Below are positions 1 to 9,569 of a DNA stretch of 20,000 nt, piece after piece; position 1 is the stretch's first letter, and every line of letters begins with the position of its first letter. Location: sequence record SRR31156797_4072. The stretch is one strand, 5' to 3'. A model generated the notes under the pieces. It searched no databases. It was given only the letters and a program-made list of their open reading frames with translations, and was not told where the DNA came from. The position numbers were made by a program, and so were the translations under genes.

Positions 1-12
1 AAATATAGTAAA

Positions 13-1416
13 ATGAAACCATTCATTAACGACGATTTTTTATTACAAACTGAAACGGCAAAAAAGTTATATCACGAATATGCCAAAGATCTTCCTATTA
101 TAGATTATCACTGTCATATTCCTCCGGAACAAATTGCAGATGACATCAATTTTAAAAACCTTACTGCCATTTGGTTGTATGGCGATCATTATAAGTGGCG
201 TGCCATGCGTACCAACGGAATTCCTGAAAATGAAATTACAGGTGACGTAAGCGATTGGGATAAGTTTTATAACTATGCAAAAACAGTTCCTTATACATTA
301 AGAAATCCACTTTATCACTGGACACACCTTGAGCTGAATAAACCATTTGGTATTAAAACTATCCTGAATCAGGATACGGCTAAAGAAATTTGGGATGAGT
401 GTAACACAAAGCTTCAAACACCTGAATTTTCTTGTAAGGGATTAATTAAGCAGGCAAAAGTTGAAGTGATTTGCACTACCGACGATCCTGCTGATAGCTT
501 GGAACATCATCAAAAGATTAAAGATTCCGGTTTTGAAACAAAAGTGTATCCAACCTGGAGAGCAGACAAAGCCATGGCCATCGATAATTTGGATGATTTC
601 TGCAATTATATGGCTGCTTTAGGTAAATCAGCTGATGTGGAGATTAAAACTTACGCTGACTTATTAAATGCACTTCAAATTCGTCAGGACTTCTTTGCAT
701 CAATGGGCTGTAAATTATCTGACCACGGTTTAGATCGTTTCTTCTGCGAAGAATTTACAACTGAAGAAATTGAAGCTATTTTCGCTAAAGCCATCAAAAA
801 AGAAGCTTTAACAGAAGAAGAAATCTTAAAATTTAAATCAGCTGTACTATATCAATTAGCTGTAATGGATCACAATAAAGGATGGACTCAGCAATTCCAC
901 ATTGGTGCTATCCGTAATAATAACACCTTTATGTATAACAAATTAGGTGCTGATACAGGTTTTGATTCCATTGGTGATGACTTAGTAGCCAAAGATTTAT
1001 CTAAATTCTTAAATCGCTTGGCAACTGAAGAGAAACTAACAAAAACCATTCTTTATAACTTAAATCCTGCCCATAACGAAGTTTATGCTACTATGTTAGG
1101 AAACTTCCAGGATGGAACTGTTGCTGGCAAAATCCAGTGGGGATCAGGTTGGTGGTTCCTTGACCAAAAAGATGGAATGGAAAAACAAATGAATGCGCTT
1201 TCTAACCTTGGCTTATTAAGTCGTTTTGTTGGTATGCTTACTGATTCAAGAAGTTTCTTAAGCTATAGCCGTCACGAGTATTTCCGTCGCATACTTTGTA
1301 ACCTTTTAGGTAACGATGTTGAAAACGGATTAATTCCGAATGATATTGAGTTATTAAAAGAATACGTAGAAGGTATTTGCTACTACAACGCTAAAAATTA
1401 CTTCAACTTCGATTAA
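13..1416 (+). CDS. uxaC: Glucuronate (uronate) isomerase
   Basis: 467 aa; typical UxaC motifs IIDYHCH, WLxGDHYKWRAMR, NPLYHWTHLEL, TTDDP, WWFLDQ, GMLTDSRSFLSY.RHEYFRR. Confidence 0.98.
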   Translation: MKPFINDDFLLQTETAKKLYHEYAKDLPIIDYHCHIPPEQIADDINFKNLTAIWLYGDHYKWRAMRTNGIPENEITGDVSDWDKFYNYAKTVPYTLRNPLYHWTHLELNKPFGIKTILNQDTAKEIWDECNTKLQTPEFSCKGLIKQAKVEVICTTDDPADSLEHHQKIKDSGFETKVYPTWRADKAMAIDNLDDFCNYMAALGKSADVEIKTYADLLNALQIRQDFFASMGCKLSDHGLDRFFCEEFTTEEIEAIFAKAIKKEALTEEEILKFKSAVLYQLAVMDHNKGWTQQFHIGAIRNNNTFMYNKLGADTGFDSIGDDLVAKDLSKFLNRLATEEKLTKTILYNLNPAHNEVYATMLGNFQDGTVAGKIQWGSGWWFLDQKDGMEKQMNALSNLGLLSRFVGMLTDSRSFLSYSRHEYFRRILCNLLGNDVENGLIPNDIELLKEYVEGICYYNAKNYFNFD

Positions 1417-1482
1417 AACGTAATGGTTTTATGTAGAATTGAGTTTTCTTTGCAAGCTGAATTATAAAATCACATAATTACG

Positions 1483-1512
1483 GAACGTCAGTTGAAAAAC
1501 TGGCGTTCTTTT
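1483..1512 (+). terminator. Intrinsic terminator after uxaC
   Basis: GAACGTCAGTT-GAAA-AACTGGCGTTC 11-bp stem (one G-U pair), GAAA tetraloop, followed by TTTT. Confidence 0.75.
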
Positions 1513-1538
1513 AATTATTGAGTATATCATCTACAGGC

Positions 1539-2594
1539 ATGAAAATACGAATTGTTGATATCGCTAAAAAAGCAGGCGTTTCCGTGGGTACAGTGGATAG
1601 AATTATTCACCAGCGAGGACGGGTTTCTCAGGATGCGAATGAAAAAGTTCAGAAAGCCATCAAAGAATTAGGTTACGAACCTGATATAATGGCTCGAAAT
1701 CTGGCTTTAAAAAAGGAGATTCGTATTGTTTGTTTGCTACCTAGTCCTAATGATATTATTTATTGGGAAAGACCTAATTCTGGTATCGATAAAGCCATAG
1801 CTGAACTTGCTTCTTTTAAAGTGACTGTAGAAAAAATATTTTTCTCGCCAAGAATTGAAGATTTTCAGCAAGCCTGTGATAAAGTACTTCAGTTACAACC
1901 TGACGGAGTGATTTATGTTCCCATGTTTATGAAAGAGTCGGCTGTTTTTGCCAGACAATTAAATGAAAAAGAAATTGTTAGCATTCAAATCAATATTCAT
2001 CAGCCCGAAATTCATCCTTTATCGTTTATTGGTCAGGATCCAATCGCTGCAGGAAAAGTTTCTGCCAGTTTATGCCAATTGGCTCTTAAGGCAAATGAAA
2101 GTATTTTAATAGCCTATATTTCAAAAGAAAAACAAGAATATTCCCATCATCAAGATAGAATTGATGGCTTTACACAATTTTTCAATCAGCAAAAAACGGA
2201 TAGTCCTGAAATACATCACTTACATATAAAAATTAGTGATGATGAAGCAGATTATGAAAAGATACTATTGCAACATTTTAAAGAGCAATCTAATACTCGA
2301 ATTATTTATGTTCCCAATTCAAGGGCATATAAAATTGCGTCGATCTTAAAGAAAAGAGAAATTTCGGATAAAATGGTTGTTGGTTTTGATACCCTCAATG
2401 AAAATGTAGCTTATTTAAAAGAAGGATATATCGATATTTTAATTGGGCAACAATCCAAATATCAAGGTTATAATGCGGTTATATTTTTATTCAATACCTT
2501 ATTCCGAAAGGAAACCATTAAGCCAATTCATTACCTGCCCATTGACATTTTGAACGCGCAAAATATAGATTTTTATGAAGGGATTCTGGAATAA
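1539..2594 (+). CDS. LacI-family transcriptional regulator (probably hexuronate related)
   Basis: N-terminal HTH IRIVDIAKKAGVSVGTVDRIIHQRGRVS, hinge YEPDIMARNL, sugar-binding type C-terminal domain. ATG at 1539 preferred over the ORF-track TTG at 1518. Confidence 0.93.
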   Translation: MKIRIVDIAKKAGVSVGTVDRIIHQRGRVSQDANEKVQKAIKELGYEPDIMARNLALKKEIRIVCLLPSPNDIIYWERPNSGIDKAIAELASFKVTVEKIFFSPRIEDFQQACDKVLQLQPDGVIYVPMFMKESAVFARQLNEKEIVSIQINIHQPEIHPLSFIGQDPIAAGKVSASLCQLALKANESILIAYISKEKQEYSHHQDRIDGFTQFFNQQKTDSPEIHHLHIKISDDEADYEKILLQHFKEQSNTRIIYVPNSRAYKIASILKKREISDKMVVGFDTLNENVAYLKEGYIDILIGQQSKYQGYNAVIFLFNTLFRKETIKPIHYLPIDILNAQNIDFYEGILE

Positions 2595-2612
2595 AATTCC
2601 TTCCTCCCTTCA
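2576..2612. terminator. Possible hairpin between convergent LacI and GH42 genes
   Basis: TGAAGGGA (2576-2583) pairs with TCCCTTCA (2605-2612); inner GGAAT/ATTCC stem; no clean U-tract. Confidence 0.3.
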
Positions 2613-2631
2613 ATCCCAAATCAAAATCTAT

Positions 2632-4701
2632 TTATTCTACTAACCAAACAGCTACATCAGCAGGTTTTAAAACCTGATCTCCAATAAGGAAATCTCCATC
2701 GTAGCTTAATAAATAATCCTCTGAAGAATAATTAAACGCTACCATAAAACCATCCCTAAATTGAACAAAAACGCCTTCCGGGTAATCTTCTACAGAAACA
2801 TTGTTTTGCTCGTATACCTTTTGCATCACCGCCTTTTCCAACTGCCCGTCTTTTGAATCTACACCAATGTACCAAACCAATCCTTTTCCAATTTGATGTT
2901 TGGTAACGCACGCCGTACCTTTATAAAACTGATCATCATAACTACCCAAAGTCTCAGTATCTTTTTCCGGAGATATCAAATCACCCCATGTACTCCAGGG
3001 ATATAATGTTTTTCCAAAAGAAACATACCCTTCTTTTCCAGAAGGTAACATATCAAAGGCTGTAATCTTCCCTCCTATTAGCTCATTTATGGCACCCGAA
3101 AGGTTACTTTCCCATAAATGTGCATTTTTATCTTTAGCACCTGTTCGGGTCGTTAAAATTAAATTACCTCCCTCATTTACATATGCTTTCATTTTTTTAA
3201 TCAGAGCTTCATCAACCATTTCATATGCCGGAACAACAATGAAATTAAGATCTTTAAAATCATCCTTTTCAGATATAAAAGAAACCGGTGCTCCAAAACT
3301 GTGAAGTATACCCTGATATCGTTGCATATGCCCCCAGGTATTCCATTGATATGTCTGTTTTTGTCGCTCCAGATTCCATAAATTATCATATGACCATAAA
3401 ATGGCTGTTTTTAGTTTCTTAATTTCCTCCGGTACTTTTAAAGATGAATTATAAATTTTTCTAAGAGAATTAATTTCTTTAATTACCTGTATATATTCTT
3501 TTCCTCCCTGACTTAGTGATACGCCATCAGTTGTGGTAATTCCATGATGATATTGCTCCGCTCCATATAAAATTTGGCGATAACGATATGTACAGGCAAA
3601 AGAGGAACCTCCGGCAAAACAATGCCACAACCACATTCTAACAGTTCCGGGTAAGAGCAAAGAGTTGTGATTAGCCCAATTAACCTGACCGGGCTGCAAT
3701 TCCATTACACCTGTTATTCCATTAAGGGATTTGTAATAATCATTGGCATACATTAAAACAGAATAATCCCCCATTCTAAAGCCTAATTCACCCAGATTTG
3801 CACTTCCATAATTCGGATACGCTGTAAAAGAAGGAAAATCCATTTTTGCACTCCTTCCCGGATCTACCTGACTTCCTTTGGCAACATAATTTGTAGTAAT
3901 AAACTGATCTTTTCGAATGTATTGTTTAAGAATATCTGCCTGAAAATCTAAAAACTCAGCTTGAGTATCCGCTGTATATCTTTTAAAATCGAGCAAGGCA
4001 ATCGGGTTAGCGCCCCACCATCCTACATTGCTGGCATTGTGAATTTTAATCTCATCAAAGCTTTTATATAGTTGACTCCAAAAGGCTGTTCCCCATGCTT
4101 TATTAAGTGTTTCAATATCCTTATACTTACTTTTAAGCCATTGAACAAATGCTTTTTGCGAAGATGGACTGTAATCTTCCTTAGCCTCAGGTTCATTGTC
4201 TAACTGCCACCCTATTATAGTTTTATTTTGTCCATAATGTTTAGCTAACGCTTCTACTATACTTTGGGTATATTGTTTAACGATAGTATTTGATAATGAC
4301 ATATTTGCTCTTGTTCCGTGTTCTTTACGATTATACTGCCCATCCTGTACGTATATTTCAGGATATTTAATCCCTAACCAAACAGGAGGACAAGGTGTTG
4401 GAGTTCCTAGAATAACCTTTAAGTGATATTTATCCGCTAAGTCAATAACCCTGTCCAGCCATGAGAAATTATATTCACCTTCTGTTGGTTCCATTTGAGC
4501 CCAGGCAAACTCAGCCATATGAATAAATTCAAATCCATGGTCAGCAATGCTTTTAATATCACGCTCCCATTGGTCTGAAGACCAATGCTCCGGGTAATAA
4601 TATACCCCAACACTCATTAAATCTTTCTTCTCAAAAATGTTCTGTGCATGAACATATTTGATGGCAACTAAAATGCACAACACCATCCAAATCTTCTTCA
4701 T
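2632..4701 (-). CDS. Beta-galactosidase, glycoside hydrolase family 42, with signal peptide
   Basis: GVYYYPEHW, MAEFAWAQMEP, LGTPT, acid/base WQLDNEP, nucleophile VMELQPG, GAEQYH, C-terminal trimerisation-type domain; signal peptide MKKIWMVLCILVAIKYVHA-Q. Confidence 0.93.
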   Translation of the reverse strand: MKKIWMVLCILVAIKYVHAQNIFEKKDLMSVGVYYYPEHWSSDQWERDIKSIADHGFEFIHMAEFAWAQMEPTEGEYNFSWLDRVIDLADKYHLKVILGTPTPCPPVWLGIKYPEIYVQDGQYNRKEHGTRANMSLSNTIVKQYTQSIVEALAKHYGQNKTIIGWQLDNEPEAKEDYSPSSQKAFVQWLKSKYKDIETLNKAWGTAFWSQLYKSFDEIKIHNASNVGWWGANPIALLDFKRYTADTQAEFLDFQADILKQYIRKDQFITTNYVAKGSQVDPGRSAKMDFPSFTAYPNYGSANLGELGFRMGDYSVLMYANDYYKSLNGITGVMELQPGQVNWANHNSLLLPGTVRMWLWHCFAGGSSFACTYRYRQILYGAEQYHHGITTTDGVSLSQGGKEYIQVIKEINSLRKIYNSSLKVPEEIKKLKTAILWSYDNLWNLERQKQTYQWNTWGHMQRYQGILHSFGAPVSFISEKDDFKDLNFIVVPAYEMVDEALIKKMKAYVNEGGNLILTTRTGAKDKNAHLWESNLSGAINELIGGKITAFDMLPSGKEGYVSFGKTLYPWSTWGDLISPEKDTETLGSYDDQFYKGTACVTKHQIGKGLVWYIGVDSKDGQLEKAVMQKVYEQNNVSVEDYPEGVFVQFRDGFMVAFNYSSEDYLLSYDGDFLIGDQVLKPADVAVWLVE

Positions 4702-4709
4702 TCTGTATG

Positions 4710-6881
4710 TTATTTTAATTCTATCGATTTTATTAACCTTATATCTTTCGATGAGCTACCTATTAAAAAATTCACCTTGCCGTTCTCCAGAACCATTTTA
4801 TTAGTAACAGTATCCCAATATTTTATTTCTTCCTTAGCTACTGTTAAATGAATTTTTCTCTTCTCTCCTTTTTTAATAAAAACCCTATCAAAACCTTTTA
4901 ATGTTTTTAATGGCCTGACAACTTTTGAATCCGGAAACGAAATATAAAGCTGAACCACTTCCTCTCCATCTGTTTCCCCTATATTTTCAACATCGAAGCT
5001 AAGCGTAAATTCATTTTCAGTAGGACTTATTTCAAGATTAGAATATGCAAATTCTGTATAACTTAAGCCATAACCAAAAGAATAAAGCACTGAGTTCTCG
5101 GTGTACATATATGTTCTATTATTCCAAATATTATAATCTAACAATGGAGGTAACAAGTCTTCCGAAATTGGCCATGTTTGCGTTAGACGACCGGCAGGAT
5201 TATAATCTCCGGAAATCACATCGGCTAAAGCATGGCCCATTTCCTGGCTATTATGCGTTAGAAACAAAATTGCAGGCAAGCTATGCTGTGACCAATTGAT
5301 AGCATAAGGAAAACTACTAACCAAGACTAACACAGTATTTTGATTTACTTCATAAATTTGTTTAATCCATTCTTCATCTTCTAAATTGATACTTCTCCTG
5401 TCAACTGATTCTTTTCCATAACTATCTCTGGTAACTTCTGCCCAACCTGCATTACCAGTTGGATGATTACCTGCAAAAGCAAGCACCATATCCGCCTCTT
5501 TGGCTGACTTTAAAGCTTCAACTAGTAAAGAATCCGGCACATATGTGATTTCAATTTGTTTACCCAAACGTTTTTTTATCCCCTCCAAAGGTGTTACTAC
5601 ATAAGGAGCAGAACCAGAATACCAATCTAACAAAACCTGATCGGCCAACTGACCTACAATGGTTATTTTTTTGACTTTCTTAGAATTTACAGGAAAAGTC
5701 TTCTTCTCATTTTTAAGTAATACAATTGACTTTTGTGTAGCCACTCGCACAGCCTGCTGATGTTCCTTTTTTAACCAAGGCTCTTCCTCATTTAAGGCAC
5801 CAATAGTACTATATGGATTACTGGTTTGATCCTTATCTAAAAGTCCAAGCTTCAGCATTACCCTGAATGCTCCTCTCAAAACCTGATCTATATCCGATTC
5901 ATTAATATAGCCAAACTCAATGGCTTCCATAATGGCTTCTTTATATCTATCCAGAAATTGATTAATACCACTTTTTACGGCCATAGCAGCCCCCATGGCC
6001 AAACTGTTATAATACTTATGGTCGGATATCAATAATTTTAATGCGCCGCCATCAGTACAAATAATCCCATTTTGATTCCACTCGTTAACGGTTAATTCTT
6101 TTAAAAGCGGACTCACCATCATAGGAATTTCATTCACTTTATTATAGGCTGCCATATAGGCTTTGGAGCCTCCTTTTTCAACTCCCATTTGAAAAGGATA
6201 AGCATAATACTCACGTAGCTGTCTTTCGTTAAAATTAGATGAAGACCAGGTTCGTGAATCCTCATTACTATTGGCTAAAAAGTGTTTCATTAACGATGCT
6301 GCCTGCCAGTAATTATCTTTTGACCCCTGTAGTCCTTTAATAAAAGCTACGCTCAAGCTACCCGTTAAAAAAGGATCTTCACTATAACACTCTTCTGTTC
6401 TTCCCCATCTGGGATCTCTTCCTAAATCTGCATTTGGTGCTCTAACTACTAATCCCCCCCTTTTATATTTTGGTGATTGTGCCATGTATCTTACCTCACA
6501 CCCCTCAATTTCACCCATTTGATACAAAATGTTTTTATCCCAGGTATGACCCATTCCGTAGGCCTGAGGGAAAGTGGTTGTAGGAACTGGATTTTTACCA
6601 CCCCAATTGCCTGGTATTCCCATTGCTAAACCGTGTAATCCTTCAACATGCCCGGTTCCATAAACACCTAATCGTTCTACAGTAGGATTAGTACCCAGAC
6701 AACTTACTTTTTCCTCTAATATCATTAATGACAACAAATTATCTATGCGATCACCATCGGATAAATTCGTATTTTGAAAAGGATAAGATTGTGCCTTAAG
6801 CTGAACAGATATTATCATAAAGCTTGACAAAATGATAGCTTTAATCACCTTTGTTATTTTAAGAACTAACTGCATATTCAT
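4710..6881 (-). CDS. Glycoside hydrolase family 3 (beta-glucosidase/xylosidase) with C-terminal Fn3-like domain
   Basis: EGLHG, RDPRWGRTEECYSEDP, KHF, nucleophile ICTDGG, FGYGLSYT, GEEVVQLY. Start moved to ATG 6881 (or 6875) so the protein begins with a signal peptide ending LKA-Q. Confidence 0.93.
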   Translation of the reverse strand: MNMQLVLKITKVIKAIILSSFMIISVQLKAQSYPFQNTNLSDGDRIDNLLSLMILEEKVSCLGTNPTVERLGVYGTGHVEGLHGLAMGIPGNWGGKNPVPTTTFPQAYGMGHTWDKNILYQMGEIEGCEVRYMAQSPKYKRGGLVVRAPNADLGRDPRWGRTEECYSEDPFLTGSLSVAFIKGLQGSKDNYWQAASLMKHFLANSNEDSRTWSSSNFNERQLREYYAYPFQMGVEKGGSKAYMAAYNKVNEIPMMVSPLLKELTVNEWNQNGIICTDGGALKLLISDHKYYNSLAMGAAMAVKSGINQFLDRYKEAIMEAIEFGYINESDIDQVLRGAFRVMLKLGLLDKDQTSNPYSTIGALNEEEPWLKKEHQQAVRVATQKSIVLLKNEKKTFPVNSKKVKKITIVGQLADQVLLDWYSGSAPYVVTPLEGIKKRLGKQIEITYVPDSLLVEALKSAKEADMVLAFAGNHPTGNAGWAEVTRDSYGKESVDRRSINLEDEEWIKQIYEVNQNTVLVLVSSFPYAINWSQHSLPAILFLTHNSQEMGHALADVISGDYNPAGRLTQTWPISEDLLPPLLDYNIWNNRTYMYTENSVLYSFGYGLSYTEFAYSNLEISPTENEFTLSFDVENIGETDGEEVVQLYISFPDSKVVRPLKTLKGFDRVFIKKGEKRKIHLTVAKEEIKYWDTVTNKMVLENGKVNFLIGSSSKDIRLIKSIELK

Positions 6882-6919
6882 CTTTTTTTCAATAGATAAA
6901 AGCCTTGAATCAAGTAGTA

Positions 6920-6977
6920 TAAATCCCCTAAAGGGGAATCTTAAGTACATCAACCCAAGACTCTCCCCTTTACGGGA
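6920..6977. repeat. REP-like paired palindromic element
   Basis: TCCCCTAAAGGGGA (6924-6937) and TCCCCTTTACGGGA (6964-6977) are 13/14 reverse complements and each is itself a small hairpin; GC-rich in an AT-rich spacer. Confidence 0.55.
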
Positions 6978-6999
6978 ACCTGTGCTTCTTTTATCGAAT

Positions 7000-9387
7000 T
7001 TATCTCGTAATTATATCATACTTCACTCCTTCTTTGGCTCCCTCTTTTAGTAACCACTGACCGTCGTTATTTTCAAGCTTTAAATTGATTAGATCATCTG
7101 TTCCAGGGAAATACAGATCTCCATGTGCCACTTTTGACTCGGTATTAAAAACCTTTAATTCAATCTTAGACCAATCCATGGTTTTTGTGCTTTGAGCCAA
7201 TTGAATATGAGGAATTACAGAACCCGAGCGAACTAACATTATGATTGGTATATCACCTGCTGTAATATGATGCCAGCCTCCTTCATAAGCCTTACCCGTT
7301 TGATAATCTATCCACTGACCTTTAGGTAAATAAACATCACGACTTGTTTCTTCTTCAAATAATGGAGCTACATAAATATCTTCTCCAAATAAATAAGCGT
7401 CATCCACTTTCCATGCACCAGGATCATTTGGAAACTCAACAAACAGCGCACGTAACATTGGCAAACCTGTCTGTGTACATTTCTTAGCCTGAGCATAGAT
7501 ATATGGCATTAACTGATAACGAAGATTCGCTGCTTCTCTGAAATCATTTAAGAATTGATCGCTATAGGCCCATGGTTCTGTCGGAGGTGCACCATGACTT
7601 CGGGTATGTGAAATAAGCATTCCAAACGGTGTCCACCTTCGATATATTTCTTCGGGTGTTTGCAGTACAAAACCACCTATATCATGACTCCAGAATGAGA
7701 AACCACTAAGTCCAATAGATAAACCTCCTCTAAGAGTAGCTTCCATGGCTGTATTTGTATTTGCAGGATCACCTCCCCAATGAACAGGATATCGTTGGCT
7801 TCCTGCCCAGGTACTACGAGCCCACATAATCTGCTCACCTTTTACTTTTTGAGTTATTTCTGCTACGGCTTTATTATATCGTAGTGGATATAAATTATGC
7901 TCGTAGAAACCTGTTTTTCCTGATGCATAAATACCATTATAAGGTGCAGCTTCGCCAAAATCTACTTTAATGGCTCCCACTCCTAATTCCAATAGTCCGG
8001 CAATTTTATGCTGATACCATTCGACTGTTTTTGGATTAGAAAAATCAAGAACAGCATCTTCGTATGGTAAATTCCCTTTAGGATTTTTAACGTACAACTC
8101 TTTGTCTATGATCTCCTTAAACAATGTGTTTTTAGGAACAAAATATGGCAATTGCCACAAACAAGTCTCAAAACCTTGTTTTTTAAGGTCTTTGATCATT
8201 TTACCTGCGTCATCAAATCTGGATTCTGAAAACTGATAATCACAACGCCAATCTGTTTCAAACCAACCAGTATCGAAATGAATAACATCACAAGGAACTT
8301 TATTATCTCTCAGCTTTTTAGCTACATTTCGGCCATCTTCTTCACTAAAATAAGTGATTCTGCTCATCCAAAAACCAAAGGACCAAAGAGGAGGCATTTG
8401 TGCTTTACCGGTAATGTTGGTGTATTCATTCAATATATCTTTTGGATCACCAATAAATACAAATAAATCCAACGATTCGTCTCCAACCATAATGGAATTT
8501 ACACCATTAAAATACTTGCCGAAATCGCATGTAATAGGAGATGAAGTATGCATAAACATACCATATCCTTTGCTACTCATAAAAAATGGAATCGGTTTGT
8601 ACATGGTTTCGTTTTGCGTTCCATTACCATCATCTGTACATAAAACCACTTTCTGCCCACGCTTATTTAACTGGGTATATGATTCTCCACAACCAAAAAT
8701 CATTTCATGTGGTGATAATGTAAATGCAGCATTAAAACTCCTTGAATAATCCGAAGCCCTTCTTACATAGGAAAAAGGCATAATAGGTGTATACGTTGTT
8801 TCGGCATTATCTATATGATGGTTAGAGGAAGTCAATAATTTTCCATGGGCATCATAAAAAGCAATTTTCCATGGGTATTCGCTAATAATTACCTTAGCTG
8901 AAGGACTCGTATAAATATGCTGGCCTTTTTCTTTTTTATATAACCACATTTTACCCTTTGACACAGCACCATTTACCAGTATTAAGGAGTTCTCTTCCTT
9001 ATTGATTTCTAAACCACTTGTAAACTTAATCCTCACTGCTTTATCTGAAATAAATTCAAGTTGAAAAGATTGATTTGGAGAGGTTTCATATTCTCCTGTT
9101 GGAAACTCATTTTCTTCTGCAGGTCTTAAAACACCAAGCATATTATTAAATGCATACCTGGTTTTATATTCATACCTGTTGTATTGAATTGTACCTCTGG
9201 CTTCTTTAGAATTAAAAGCGGCTAAACTATCGGCGAAGTAATAGGTGTTTTTAAAATTGTAGAAATCGGGACTAATATCAATAGGTTCGTTTACTAATTG
9301 ATGATTTTGTATTTGAGCCTTTGTTATTAATGCGTGGGTTAAAAACAGTAACAAAGTCAGTTTGAATGGTAATTTTGAAAAATACAT
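7000..9387 (-). CDS. Glycoside hydrolase family 31, probable alpha-xylosidase
   Basis: YKPIPFF, PPLWSFGFW, YicI-type nucleophile motif IKVDFGE, HWGGD acid/base, WSHDIGGF, HTRSHG; signal peptide ending TKA-Q. Confidence 0.92.
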   Translation of the reverse strand: MYFSKLPFKLTLLLFLTHALITKAQIQNHQLVNEPIDISPDFYNFKNTYYFADSLAAFNSKEARGTIQYNRYEYKTRYAFNNMLGVLRPAEENEFPTGEYETSPNQSFQLEFISDKAVRIKFTSGLEINKEENSLILVNGAVSKGKMWLYKKEKGQHIYTSPSAKVIISEYPWKIAFYDAHGKLLTSSNHHIDNAETTYTPIMPFSYVRRASDYSRSFNAAFTLSPHEMIFGCGESYTQLNKRGQKVVLCTDDGNGTQNETMYKPIPFFMSSKGYGMFMHTSSPITCDFGKYFNGVNSIMVGDESLDLFVFIGDPKDILNEYTNITGKAQMPPLWSFGFWMSRITYFSEEDGRNVAKKLRDNKVPCDVIHFDTGWFETDWRCDYQFSESRFDDAGKMIKDLKKQGFETCLWQLPYFVPKNTLFKEIIDKELYVKNPKGNLPYEDAVLDFSNPKTVEWYQHKIAGLLELGVGAIKVDFGEAAPYNGIYASGKTGFYEHNLYPLRYNKAVAEITQKVKGEQIMWARSTWAGSQRYPVHWGGDPANTNTAMEATLRGGLSIGLSGFSFWSHDIGGFVLQTPEEIYRRWTPFGMLISHTRSHGAPPTEPWAYSDQFLNDFREAANLRYQLMPYIYAQAKKCTQTGLPMLRALFVEFPNDPGAWKVDDAYLFGEDIYVAPLFEEETSRDVYLPKGQWIDYQTGKAYEGGWHHITAGDIPIIMLVRSGSVIPHIQLAQSTKTMDWSKIELKVFNTESKVAHGDLYFPGTDDLINLKLENNDGQWLLKEGAKEGVKYDIITR

Positions 9388-9412
9388 ATAATCAGATTTA
9401 GATTTATGTTTT

Positions 9413-9420
9413 CAAAAGTA
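9413..9420 (-). promoter_or_regulatory. Bacteroidota -7 promoter box for the GH31-GH3-GH42 operon
   Basis: TACTTTTG matches TAnnTTTG, 25 nt upstream of the GH31 ATG; no canonical -33 TTTG at the normal spacing. Confidence 0.65.
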
Positions 9421-9569
9421 CTTGCAGAACCTCAACTTATCGTGATATAATGATAATGATAGATGACAATTTGTAAACTGAGGGAATAGTAAACTAATTT
9501 AATTGAGTGAGTTCAAAGTTCTAAATTGAAGTTAAAGAGGAAACTAATTGTTTTAAAATTTGTTTGTGT

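Noticed and set aside
3089-3389. Short ORFs 3089-3304 (+) and 3201-3389 (-)
   Set aside because: Wholly inside the GH42 gene, no recognisable motifs; shadow ORFs.
6882-6953. N-terminal extension of GH3 in the ORF track
   Set aside because: Runs through the palindromic repeat and would bury the signal peptide; ATG 6881 or 6875 is more plausible.
5045-8749. Plus-strand ORFs 5045-5299, 6832-7050, 8278-8466, 8354-8749
   Set aside because: Antisense to well-supported GH3 and GH31 genes with no protein-like signatures.
9445-9463. Fur box upstream of the glycosidase operon
   Set aside because: Only 13/19 match with a poor right half and no iron-related genes downstream.
9491-9549. AAACTAATT repeated at 9491 and 9541
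   Set aside because: 9-bp AT-rich match; expected by chance at this composition.
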